Of a stretch of 64,000 nt of DNA, positions 1 through 10,520 are shown piece after piece. The DNA is from Penicillus capitatus (lineage: Eukaryota; Plantae; Chlorophyta). The notes beneath the pieces were generated by a model. The model had not been told where the DNA came from. It saw nothing but the letters and a program-made list of their open reading frames with translations, and did not search any database. Numbering within the stretch: position 1 is the stretch's first letter; every line of letters begins with the position of its first letter. The stretch lies in assembly GCA_965649825.1 (NCBI GenBank), contig OZ287705.1, positions 1-64,000 on the forward strand, written 5' to 3'. The position numbers were made by a program, and so were the translations under genes.

Positions 1-101
1 TTGACGGAAGGCTACAACCAGCAAAGGGAATCGGCAGATAAGCTCGCTCCATCTTCAAGACAGGCAGAGACGGTGTCCAAGGCTTCGTCGTCGGCAGGTC
101 A

Positions 102-1190
102 TCACGTCAGGAAACGGAACGTATCGATTACCAATACAATGGTGAAGAAGGCCGACCGGCTATCGACGTACGTAAATTGGCGTCCGGATACCTTTCGGTC
201 CTGCAAGAGGTGTGCCGCTAGATGCCCTCCGATTCGGCAGATTGGCCTGGACAGCACGGCGAAACGATGAAGGGTGGTGTATGGCCACTTGACAACCTGC
301 AGCCACGCATACCCAAGGATGACCTCTTGGCCGCGCTCTGCAGTGATGGTCGTGCTGGCTCGCACGGGATGTACGACGGTGTTGTCTTCGGCGAACAGAA
401 GAGATCCGATCGCCGAGGAGAGCACCGTCGACACTTCTACTGTGGCCGGGATGGCTCGTCTTCCGAGCTGCACTTCAGTTACGCAGCGAATCATGGAGGG
501 CTCGGTCAGCGTTCCGACGTCGCGCCGTCCAGTGCCTGCGACCGGTCGCAGCATCAACATGTGCGGCGGCATGGTCGCCCATGACGCAGGGTGAACGGAT
601 AACGCGCGGCCCTGCCTTGCTCGTTCGTGCAGGCGTGGATGCGGCAGGCCATTAAGCGGCTGCGGGTAGGCAGTGATGGGCTCCGGAGGATCTGGCGAGA
701 AACGCAGCTCATCGGGTGACGAAGCCGTGGCGCTCGGTAGGAGGCGAAATCGAACGTGCAACGAGATGCGAAGCTCGGTAACAAGCAAGAGGCTCGGTAA
801 TAGGTCAGTCGGTGCTTGTGGCAATGCTGCTGGCGCTTTTATAGTCCACAACGAAGGGACTTCCTCGTTTGACGAGGCAACATAGCCGGATCTGAGCCAC
901 CGCTCTGTGTTTGTCGTCCGTCGCCGGTGAGCTGCCGCTGCCTCTCTGATAAAGTTCGCACCAGTCGTCCAACCGCAAGCTTCTTCGTTGCATCGTTTGC
1001 TGAAGCGCCTAGGGACGGATGGAACGAGGCGCGACTGCCTCGGGATCGACAGCAAGACGCCAGATGCACAGAAAAACGTCCTGTCGGGATATGTCAAGGC
1101 AAAAGTCGCAGTTGGCGCTCGTGCCATGGCCCAAACGCGCCTTCGTCGACCAGATTGTCTTCCAGCCACCACATCACCATCCTCGTCCAC
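102..1190 (-). mobile_element. ORF of unknown origin, possibly a degenerate retroelement gag/protease-like ORF
   Basis: 362-aa intronless ORF starting inside the 557-1482 repeat. EVILGYAWL resembles the retropepsin C-terminal DVILGxxWL motif, but there is no D[TS]G catalytic motif and no RT motifs. Confidence 0.25.
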
Positions 1191-1482
1191 GACCTCTTCT
1201 TCGGCGACGGTAGCTGCTCTCTGCGCCGTTCGGGTTAGCCATGTCTAGCATGAACGTGACAAAGTCTAGTGCTAGTTTGTCTACTGCTTCGCAGCAAATA
1301 GGCACGTGGACGCTAAGCTCTTGCGTTGCAGCCCAGCGTTCGACAGGGGACACCAACCTTCTTCCTTCTAGTCTGTGCAGTGTGTGTAAGATCCTGACTC
1401 AAAGACAAGGCATTTAGGGCTTCCTTCTCTTGGAATCCTCTCTATGCATCTACAGAAAACGGAAAGTCGTTCAAGATCATAC
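557..1482. repeat. ~0.93-kb dispersed direct repeat, copy 1
   Basis: Colinear with 44627-45552 (offset 44070). Only about 8-9 substitutions seen by eye and no indels. Confidence 0.95.
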
Positions 1483-3672
1483 GCCACGGCGAAATCCGCA
1501 GAATTCATGTCAAAGTGCGTTCCTGGTAGCAGATTCGCGGCATCCATGCCACGTCCCTTCCGTCCCGTCATCGCATTGAAGTCCAAACTGTCAGCTAAGG
1601 ATTGAGTGAAAAACGTGAGAGAAGGGAGGATAGAGAGATAGAAACAGAACCCCGTGAGAATGTACTGGAGCGATATTGTTTGAGAGTGAGCTCAACGAGG
1701 CGGATGCCAAGGGGAGCATAACCCCAGTAGATGTGACTGATGTCCGACGGTCTCGCATCTGGATACAAATAATCGTCCGAGGACAAGAGAAGCGTTTTGG
1801 CACGCACCTGTTTCGTCTTCCTCATTGATGGAAAGATTCAGAAACCGACGAATCGTTGGAAACGAGTTCTTGAATTCCTGTTTGGTGAAGAGTAGTCCAG
1901 CCATCTCCAGATGGGTCATCAAACTCAAGTTCTCATAGCTGCCACACAGAGGTCATCTCAGTGAGTTTAGGTTCGTTTTGGAAAGGCATTGTCGTGGATA
2001 CCCGTAGCAGAGGAGCATGGTTTTTCTGAGTGCGTCATTGACTTTCTTTGGAATGCCATTGTTTGTGATGCAAAGAAGACAGAGGAGGCGAAGAGCTTCG
2101 AAGAAATCGCATCGTTTAATCATCATGTCCTCCATATATCGATAACCCTCTTCAAACGCTCCTTCCTCGACAATCTGCAAAAACGAAGAGGCCGTCGTCT
2201 GGAATTTCTGTGAAGAGATGAGTAGAGTGGCTGGCCTAGCGTTCAACGTTGATACGATCTTTGAAATCCTCTCCAACCATTTTCTTAGCAATCGGTTCGC
2301 TGATGTTTGAATACATTTCGGTAGAACTCAGTTGCATCAGTCTGCCAAACAGAGATCTACTCAAGTTAATGCGTTGTGTGATGGTGTAGTGTGATCGATT
2401 GGCAAATTCTCGCATCTCTGAGACACTCTTGCTGGACGTGTCTTGCTTGATTGACTGCTAGTCATGCTTCATCTTCTGAACCCAGTCACGTATACGAGGC
2501 GCCGCTTTGTGCCAGGGAACATCACGCATCTCGCTGTGCATTGGATCGGCACTGTTGAGAATGTACTTCTTCTTCTCTGTCGCTCCAGTTCGATCTGTGA
2601 CATTCACGTAGACAACATTCGTCTTGATACCCAGAATCTCGTCGATCATCCCCTCGTACGTCACTTGTGTCATGAGAGGCGTGACAACATCCACAGCTCT
2701 GTTAAAGGGGAAAGAGACATGATTGAATATGGAGGGGTGGGAGTCTCTATCTGTCCAGGAGAATCATGCGTTTGATGGTACCTGGCGGCGGAAGATCGCC
2801 CATTTCTTGACTCATTCATGAACACATATTCTCGACGGCTTCTGCTGCTGGTCCCCCCTTCCCCATGATGCGTGGAATAACACCCACGACACTTTGAAAA
2901 TGCATCAGTGCCCTGCAACGATCGTTAGTACACTCAATGCAGGTACCATGAAGACCTGGCCACGAGAAACAGTGATGTGCTGTCGCCGTCTACCATCACT
3001 TCCCGAAACGAATCTGACAGCTCCAGAGACAGCACGTCCTCGTCGAAGGGAATAAAATCCAATGGCAACTCTCCCAGAATCGTATCTCCCTTAATGCCCT
3101 CATCTTCAATCAGCTGAGAAGAAATCCAATTCATATCAGGATTGACAGGTGATGATGATCACTTCAGACCTTTTCCTACCTTTTCGCAGAGACAGGTCAG
3201 ACGGGGAACAAAGTACACGGCATACTCATGCACCGTTTCCATTCTGTTCAGCGCCTTGATCTTTTCGGCTATGAGTTGTGCATTCATGACACTGGCACGT
3301 GACTAAGGCAGGCAGGTCACACAAACGTACATTCCTTTCTCATATGAGGCAGAGGTTGTACAATGAAGATGACGCTCTTAGATGCAGGTTGCTGCAGTTC
3401 AGGGCCTAGACGGGGAACATCTCCTCTACTCCATGTTCAGATTGCACAGCTGCAGGAATGATCAATGCCAAGCATCCGTCGAGTGTCGGGTCCACCGCCA
3501 GTGCCTTGGCTCCTAACCGGAAGCCTACAAGAGTGGTAGGTTGTGAAGAAACCAAACCGATCATGACATCGATGATGTCGAGGAATTTTGCTCTGGCTTT
3601 TTCTCTGAGAGGTGCCAGAGGCACAGCGCCCTTTGTGAGGGGCGGTACTTTGGGTTCCTGCTTCGCCGTCAT
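1483..3672 (-). pseudogene. VPS33: VPS33 (Sec1/Munc18 family) pseudogene, 3'-truncated
   Basis: Spliced exons give LREKARAKFL, PFDEDVLSLE, DVVTPLMTQVTYEGMIDE, ALRLLCLLCITNNGIPKK, DISHIYWGYAPLGIRLVE, LLPGTHF. Lesions: frameshift at ~3412-3415, in-frame TAG at 2458-2460, apparent mutated splice donor at ~2239, and no C-terminal LVVFIGGVT segment. Confidence 0.9.
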
Positions 3673-3714
3673 TGCAATCGCGGCGCAGCTGGATTTCAAT
3701 TTTCGTCCAATCTA

Positions 3715-6295
3715 ATGCCGAAGCGAAATCTGCGCAAAAAGTCGACCGAGGTCAACGATGCCTCATCCCGCGAGCCTGTTGCAGCGACAGCGGCGAAGAA
3801 AGGTGTTTTGAGTTTTGATGTCGACGAGGAGCCCGTCGTGGCGCAACCGAACAAGAAAACCAGCAGAAAGCAGGGTGTGCTGAAAAAACGACTATTCGAA
3901 GACGACGCGCATCCGTTACCTTCCACTCAAGTGCCCTCTGTCGGGGATTATACCGCCGAAAAACTCGAGGAGTTGAAGAAAGAGACGAAGGGCTTGTTAA
4001 AACGCCCTTCTTCTGTATCGGCCACCCCTACTCCCCCACCTGTCTTGAAAGTCTCAGGGAGCTTCAAACCTATTGCTACTGCATCGTCACATCCACCGGA
4101 GGAGGCTTTTGTGCGCGTTCGACCAGAAGAGCACAAGAAAAAAGAAGCTGTCGAGCAACCGTCGGAAGATATGGACAAAGATTTTGTGCCGCCCAATATA
4201 CGAACCATCCAGTTAGATTCCCTCTTGCAGTTGAAGAGTCCATAGAACACTCCACTTTGTAGAATGGCGAAGGCGAAACGAGAGAGATTGAGACAGGCGC
4301 GATTGGCTCCAGATTATCTCCCTCTTGGCGGAGCATCTACTCTTCTGAGTCAGGATCTTAAGCAGAAGGAGGACAGACCGCGCTCTGAGTCGGATGAAGA
4401 AGAGGAACACATGCGGCTCCAGTTCATCGGTCATCTTCCTTCAAAACCAAAGTGTGACGATCGTTGCTTTGCAGAGGCTGTTTTCATGTTGCGATAGAGT
4501 TGCTCAGGATGAACTGGATTTGGATCTGATAGAAGACGAGGATGCCGTCGACAGTTTTGTCGACACACAGATCAAGAAAGGCATCGCAGCTGCAGGGCAT
4601 CCAGACGCACCCAGGACACACAGAAAGAAGCAACGCCATTACGAGGCTTCTGTGCATGTGTCGGCAGAAACAAGCACTCATTGTTTCTCATTCTAGGTGG
4701 AAGATGATGTGCCTGTGATGCCCGTTTTGACTCGGACGGATCTTGCGGCTGCTGCGATGCAGACATGGCAGCAGATCGTGAAGGAAACCAAAGTGCTGCA
4801 GGAGGCACAGGACGCGACGGGGAGGAGGCTCAAGGACACGAGAAAATGTCTGAGCGATGCACGGAATGGATTGGAGACGAGCAAGGAGGAAGAGAAGACC
4901 ATAGAAGAGCGTTATCGGGAGGTACAGGAGTGGCGCGATTACATGGCAGATCTCTGTGCCTGTCTGAAAGAGAAACTTCCGTTCATCGAGTCGATGGAGG
5001 ATCACCTACAGGAGTTTTATGACGAGAGGGCCTCTCAACTAGTGCAAGAAGGACTGGAACACAGAGAAGGACAAGAGTTAGCAGACATGGCATCGAATGC
5101 AATTCTGGAGACCATCGCAGCAGAGGATTCCCTCGACGAAGCAGGAAGAATCGCGCAGATCGCTGTCCGTGATCTCGAGAGAACCTATCACACTTCGGAT
5201 GACAGCGAGGTAAATGAGAAGGCATTTCGAAGAGGCGAAAAGCGAAAGAGAAGGTGGCAGGCGGCGATGCACAGTGCCTCTCAGGGGGACTATGACGTCA
5301 AGAAGGACAGTCCACTGGACAAGATGCAGCTGGCTTCGCAGCTCGAAGAGATAAAGCGAACGGCAAACGAGGTGTTCTCTGACGTGTTGCCCGAAATGCG
5401 ATGCATTTCGTCGATCACTGCTCGAGTGGAAGGGTGGAAGACCCAGTATTCTAAGCTGTACGATATGGCGTACATTCCAGACAGTCTGCCAGCATTGCTC
5501 GCTCCCTTTGTCCGTTGCGAAGTGCTGACGTGGAGTCCTCTCTGCGGCACCCCGCTTGGACTGGAGTCTCAGCAGTGGTATATGGATGTTGAGAGTTTCG
5601 GCGGGTCCGAGGAAGATCATCTGGTCCCTGAGATCGTCCGTCAGGTCGTTCTGCCTGTTGCTCGTCAACACATACAGAAGTGCTGGTCGCCTTTTGTTTG
5701 CTCAGAGTCCAAGATCGTCGCAGAGATCGTCCGCGAGATGCTGGTCTATGTATCCATCGAGGACACTGAGATGGAGAAGTTGCTCCGTATCGTCCGGAAG
5801 AAACTCAAAGAGGCGGTGGACGATGTGGGAGTCTCTCCGTACACACGACCAGCCTTCTCTATATCAGAAGTGGTTCAGTCTGTTGTCGAAGTCGGGTTCA
5901 GAAGGGCACTTCACTTGACAGCATCTCTTGGCTGCTTCACGGACATCCTGTCGAGAGATGTCGTCAGAGATCTGCTTTTGACAGAGCTCGTATGTGAGCG
6001 GCTGCTTCCACATCTTAGGGCGCTGACATCGTATCAGCCCAGAAGTGCTGTAGAGAAAGTCGTCTCTCTGCTGTCTCTTCTTCCGTCGCCGTTGCTTGCA
6101 GCAGGCCAGTGTCCTATCGAATTCCAGCAGATATCGGAAGTGCTGCGTGCCATGGGCCGGTCCATCGAAACCCAGGAAAGACCCAGGAAAAGAGAAGAAG
6201 GCGGTCGTGCGTTTATTGGATCGTTTGTTAAGTGGCTCTTTCACTTCGGAAAGACGGAGACGGCGATTTCTGTGCAAGAAGCGTTTCTGGTGTGA
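3715..6295 (+). CDS. ILP1: GC-rich sequence DNA-binding factor-like protein (GCFC domain; PAXBP1/GCFC2/ILP1 family), 4 exons, apparently intact
   Basis: Motifs AKAKRERLRQARLAPDYLPL, DYMADLCACLKEK, EVFSDV..EM..ISSITARVEGWK..Y..LY..AYIP.SLP.L..PFVR.E.L.WSPL. Three short GT-AG introns restore the frame; 532-aa last exon. Confidence 0.88.
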
Positions 6296-6799
6296 CACGG
6301 GACATGCATGGCGTCCTGGATACGCCCGTTTGCCGACAGCCTGGTTCCATGAAAGCCGCAGTGATCATTGAGAGCGTTCCTCTGTTTTGAGACAGCAATT
6401 GATAAAGTCCGGGTCACGACTGACCACAAAGGAAACTGCTTTTTCGCTGTAATGCTTTTCATGCGTGGATCAATCTTCGCTATCCGTCTCCTTCGAAGCC
6501 TCCGTGCGTTACTCAGTGAAGTTTACTTCTGGACACTCTCTTCTGTTGCTCCGCTTCCAATGGACAGATCTTCAACCGACAGACACTCTCATCTGCTTGA
6601 CTCATCCACTACTGCAGCCCGAATTCCGCTTCCTACAATAGCCATTGCTGCAAGTCCAGGCTCCGCTTCGTCCAGAATCCTGCCGATCAATCATGGCTGC
6701 GCTGACCGATGAGTGCAAAGGGAATCAACCTACACCGTGAAGGTTATCCCGTCACGGAAAAGTGCGTCGCACCTAAAGTGAGAGAAAAGACAATCAATG

Positions 6800-8640
6800 C
6801 TCCAGCCTAATGAGCCGAACCCGACGAGGTGGACACATGTTGAGCAGCGTGAAGATTCAAGTTCCTTGATTTAGAACGGCACCAAACAGCTCTACGGACA
6901 TCTCTCCGACGGGCATCATACGGAGAGTGATACCTTTGAGGCATTCTCTCGAAATGGAAGCAGTTCTATGCGTGATTAAAGTAAGAGCGCCACACTGCTA
7001 ATGCCGGTTGCCAGAGACAGTATCCTGGCTCAAAGAACCCTGTCTCCATATCTCGTCGGCATCCAGTCACGGACATGGTGTAGTCGAACAGAGTCTGTGT
7101 TCTCGAAGAGATGCTCTCTACAGAAAACTCTCGGAGCAAAGTATTCATTCTTCAGGGATCCAAACCAGTCCCGTCTCCGGATTTGTTGCAGGTCCTTCCA
7201 GCTACTTTTCCTGCACCAGGCATTCATGTCATCTCTCCTTCTCATTTTTCTGATTGAGTGTAGGTGGTGATGGATCTGAAGATTCCTGTCGGCTTCTCGA
7301 TGTACTTTGTACACATTGATAGACGTGTGTAGTGCATCATACATTCCACTCTAAATTCCGACCCTTTACTTTTTCAACTGTTCGATGCACGTTGCTTGAA
7401 AAGGAGGTTCGAACAAAGGATCCCTGACATCATCTCTGATCTTGTGTGGAATGGCAGATTCAAAGAGCGTCAGGGATGACACGAGAGGCAAGAAGAGCGT
7501 CGACGACTCGCCATGTAGACTGCAGAAGGGTTCTTTGCAGAAGAGGAGGAATGAGAGAGGGAGAATACTCCGTGGGGTACTCGTGTTCGAACGTAGGTGT
7601 CGCCGGCGAAGATTGCTCCGATCATTCAGGAATCCAATCGAACACGGGTGGAAGGAAGCATCGCTGCCAACAAGGAGCGATGCCCATACCGCCATCGTCA
7701 TGTACGTCTCAGGAATGGTCCCGTGTCCAAGACAGACAACCTTTCTGAAGAGAATATACGCGCCGATCCCGCAACGATGGCACAGAAACAGCATTCTCTG
7801 ACGAGTTGGTCGTCGGCCCCGTCTTCCATCCAGTTCGGCAGCTCCTAAAACACATCTCCGAATGCCTCTTGCACAAGGAAAGATTTGATCCATGGACTGT
7901 CGTTCGTGAAGGAGAGAGATGTGTCTGCTGTTTTTGAAGAGGAAATGGATTCTTGGTGTTCACGTATGGAGGCGAATAAAGCACTGGCTCAGGGCCCTCT
8001 GCAATTCATCCGGTTCCAGCAGAAGTCGCAGCATCATTGGACGCCGGGGATCGGAGCCTTCAAGAAACGAACGTGCAGCTCGGCGATTTTCTCACTCGGT
8101 TAGATGAAGCTGGCCGGAATCCGCAGAGCCTTCTCTGCGGACAAAAGTCCACACGGCATCCCTTGAATAGCCAACTGTTGATGTCCAAACTGTCCTGTGC
8201 AACGTTGCAATCCTGTTCTGCCCAGGGTTCTTCTAAACCTGCCAGTCCTGAGCATGTAATCATGGACGGCTGATTCTCCGTTGAACAATCTCGTCTGTTC
8301 ACGTCATCAGCCAATCGCCCATGCGACACAGTACGTTAACGGCTGCGCGACTGTAGGTCGTTGATTCTTCGCAGCTGTTCTTTGTTCATCCCATTTTGGT
8401 TAGCCTCACTGCAAGACCTGAAGTAGATCGTCAACACGGATTTCTCTTTTCCGGGCCCTGCAACGCAAATCTGTCCATCTTTGCAAGCAGCCAGAGAATC
8501 TCCCAGAAATCGAACGTCTTCATGAAGAAGAACAATCTTCCTTCAGACATGAGCGGAAGCTGAAAGCCTCCTTTTGAATACCCCGAGTTTCTGATCTCAA
8601 CAGCAACGTGTTCAGTCGTGCATGTATCATCTATCGTTTA
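6800..8640 (-). pseudogene. Decayed gene X (unknown product) downstream of PPR copy 1
   Basis: Broken ORFs (8060-8329, 7366-7893, 7030-7344). Its 5' part (SFVMKTFDFWEIL..LAKMDR..LQ..G....WFDDLLQV..KEQLRRINDL) recurs, differently disrupted, behind all four PPR copies. Boundaries approximate. Confidence 0.4.
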
Positions 8641-8720
8641 CGCTGGATGCTTGTAAATAACAACGATTCCCTGCATTTAAATGTCACTGTTTTGTAAAAA
8701 CGCCACCAAAATAGAACATC

Positions 8721-10421
8721 TCAAACGAGCTGCAAAGCACTCAAATGTTCTTGAATCGCTTCATTCGGCTCCACTTTCGCTTCCTTCATGTATTCGTGAA
8801 CTGTCTTCGCGTGTTCTGTGTCACTCGTCTTAGCACAGTGTGCCAACACAGCCTCATATGGGCCTTGGGTCGGCGTAACAGCACTGTCTTTCTTCACAGC
8901 CTTCTTCACATCCTCCAGCACCTGCATGGCGTCGTCCATACGGTCGTGGTCCAATGCGAGTCGAATCATGGACTCTGTCATCTTGGCAGATGGCCAACGA
9001 AACTCTTCCGTAAAACCCTTCCAGCACTGAAGTGCATGTTCCACATTGGATGCCTTGAGGCACATGGCAATCCATGTCATGTAGCCGCGATACGATAATG
9101 CGATGCTCAACGATTTCATCGTTTTCACCACCTCAGATACCTGTGTCAGAGCTTCGTCCTGCGAGTAAGTACCATTCTCCCACAAACGCTGAATGATCTC
9201 TATCTGTGCAGCGAAGTTCTCTCCGCGGCGTCCAGCGCCTTCCAAGTCGTTCAAAGGCAACTTCTTCAATAATTTTAATGCCTTGGTCAGATCTCCTTTC
9301 TTCTCGTAGAGATCTATGATGCCTCCGAATGTGACGTGGGTTGCTCTCAGTTTGAGCTCATTCATGCGATTGAAGCAGTAGGTAATGTGGGTCTCAAGCT
9401 CCTCGTCTGTCAGCTCCAAGAATAACAACGATCGGAAGACGAAATCAAATGAGGAAAGAGTGAGCATCACACCGCTGCTGACCGATTCCTTCAAATAGCC
9501 CAGCGCCTCATCCGACCGTCCCAGTTTGCCAGACAGCTTGATCAGAGGAACATAGGTAAACGATTGGGGTCTGACGTTCCTCGATTTCATCAAAGCCATT
9601 AAGTCCTTGCATTCTTGCAAGTACTCCTCGCCAGTGTCGCTGTCAACGTTTTCGGCATAGACATCCAACATGACATTGTAGTTACGCACATCTTTCACTG
9701 TAAATTTCTCCATCGTTTCATTAAATATCTGTTTCGCACGATCCACATCTTTCCCCCGGCCGCAGACAGTGATCAGTGAACGGTATGTCACTGGATCGGG
9801 CTTAATCTTGTAGTCTTCCTGCATCTTGTGGAATGCTTCGAATGCAGCATCGACTTCGCCGGTGCTTGCATAGGCATAGATGAGGGTATTGAAGATGTAG
9901 TTGCTTGGCGTCAACCCTTTTGCCACAATCTCGTCAAAAACCTGTTTTACCATGTCCAGGTTGTTCATCCGTGAGTATGTTTTCATAACATTCATATAGA
10001 TCCCAACATCGATCGTGACATCACGAGCCTTCATTTCTTCGAAGAGCTCCAGGACACGAGAGTAGGCGCGATCACGCATCAGGAGTCCCATTTCACGACT
10101 GTAGTCGGACGTGTGGTTTCGTGGCCGGCGTTTCTTGCGCATGAAATCGTCGTCCACCTCTTGATGTTCCTCTGGGGCGTCATGTAACCCGCGGCGTTGC
10201 ATCGCTCCCGTCCAGCCGAACGCGGTCTTGTCATCGAAGCGCATTAGCAAGCGGGATGGGCATCTGGGTGATGCAGGGTAAAAACGACTGACTGGCGAAA
10301 CAACAGATCGGGTCGGGGCGACGCCGTCGTTGGCGGAGAGCGTCGGTGCAACGGCGGAAAAACGCGAACGGAAAAGCCAACGCCCAACGTTGGCGTAGTT
10401 TTGTGCAGAGCGGCGCATCAT
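8721..10421 (-). CDS. P-type pentatricopeptide repeat protein, copy 1 (566 aa, ~12 repeats, Arg/Ser-rich N-terminal targeting peptide)
   Basis: Intronless ORF with tandem ~35-aa repeats such as DVGIYMNVMKTYSR, SNYIFNTLIYAYA..G.VD.AF.AF..M, DPVTYRSLITVCG. Confidence 0.95.
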   Translation of the reverse strand: MMRRSAQNYANVGRWLFRSRFSAVAPTLSANDGVAPTRSVVSPVSRFYPASPRCPSRLLMRFDDKTAFGWTGAMQRRGLHDAPEEHQEVDDDFMRKKRRPRNHTSDYSREMGLLMRDRAYSRVLELFEEMKARDVTIDVGIYMNVMKTYSRMNNLDMVKQVFDEIVAKGLTPSNYIFNTLIYAYASTGEVDAAFEAFHKMQEDYKIKPDPVTYRSLITVCGRGKDVDRAKQIFNETMEKFTVKDVRNYNVMLDVYAENVDSDTGEEYLQECKDLMALMKSRNVRPQSFTYVPLIKLSGKLGRSDEALGYLKESVSSGVMLTLSSFDFVFRSLLFLELTDEELETHITYCFNRMNELKLRATHVTFGGIIDLYEKKGDLTKALKLLKKLPLNDLEGAGRRGENFAAQIEIIQRLWENGTYSQDEALTQVSEVVKTMKSLSIALSYRGYMTWIAMCLKASNVEHALQCWKGFTEEFRWPSAKMTESMIRLALDHDRMDDAMQVLEDVKKAVKKDSAVTPTQGPYEAVLAHCAKTSDTEHAKTVHEYMKEAKVEPNEAIQEHLSALQLV

Positions 10422-10440
10422 CGGCGTTTCCTACGTCCTC

Positions 10441-10462
10441 CGTCAGACGTGACGTACGAAGG
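10441..10462. promoter_or_regulatory. Conserved CGTCAGACGTGACGTA(T/C)(A/G)AAGG element in the PPR/BRE1 divergent promoter
   Basis: TGACGT/ACGT-core motif (followed by TATAAA in copies 2-4) retained at 38437, 48443 and 60682. Confidence 0.45.
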
Positions 10463-10520
10463 CGATCTGCTGCAAATTGTTGTTCGATTATTTACCAACG
10501 TTTCTACGGTTCGGACGACG

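Noticed and set aside
1260-1480. The repeat region as the degenerate true C-terminus of VPS33 (KCLVFESGSYT vs VLVVFIGGVT)
   Set aside because: Much weaker match than the rest of the lightly decayed pseudogene, no downstream ATT..NG motif, and the same sequence has a different upstream context at 45552.
8745-9098. Plus-strand ORFs conserved opposite each PPR (also 36756, 46648, 58986)
   Set aside because: Antisense shadows of the PPR coding strand, with variable lengths and no independent motif.
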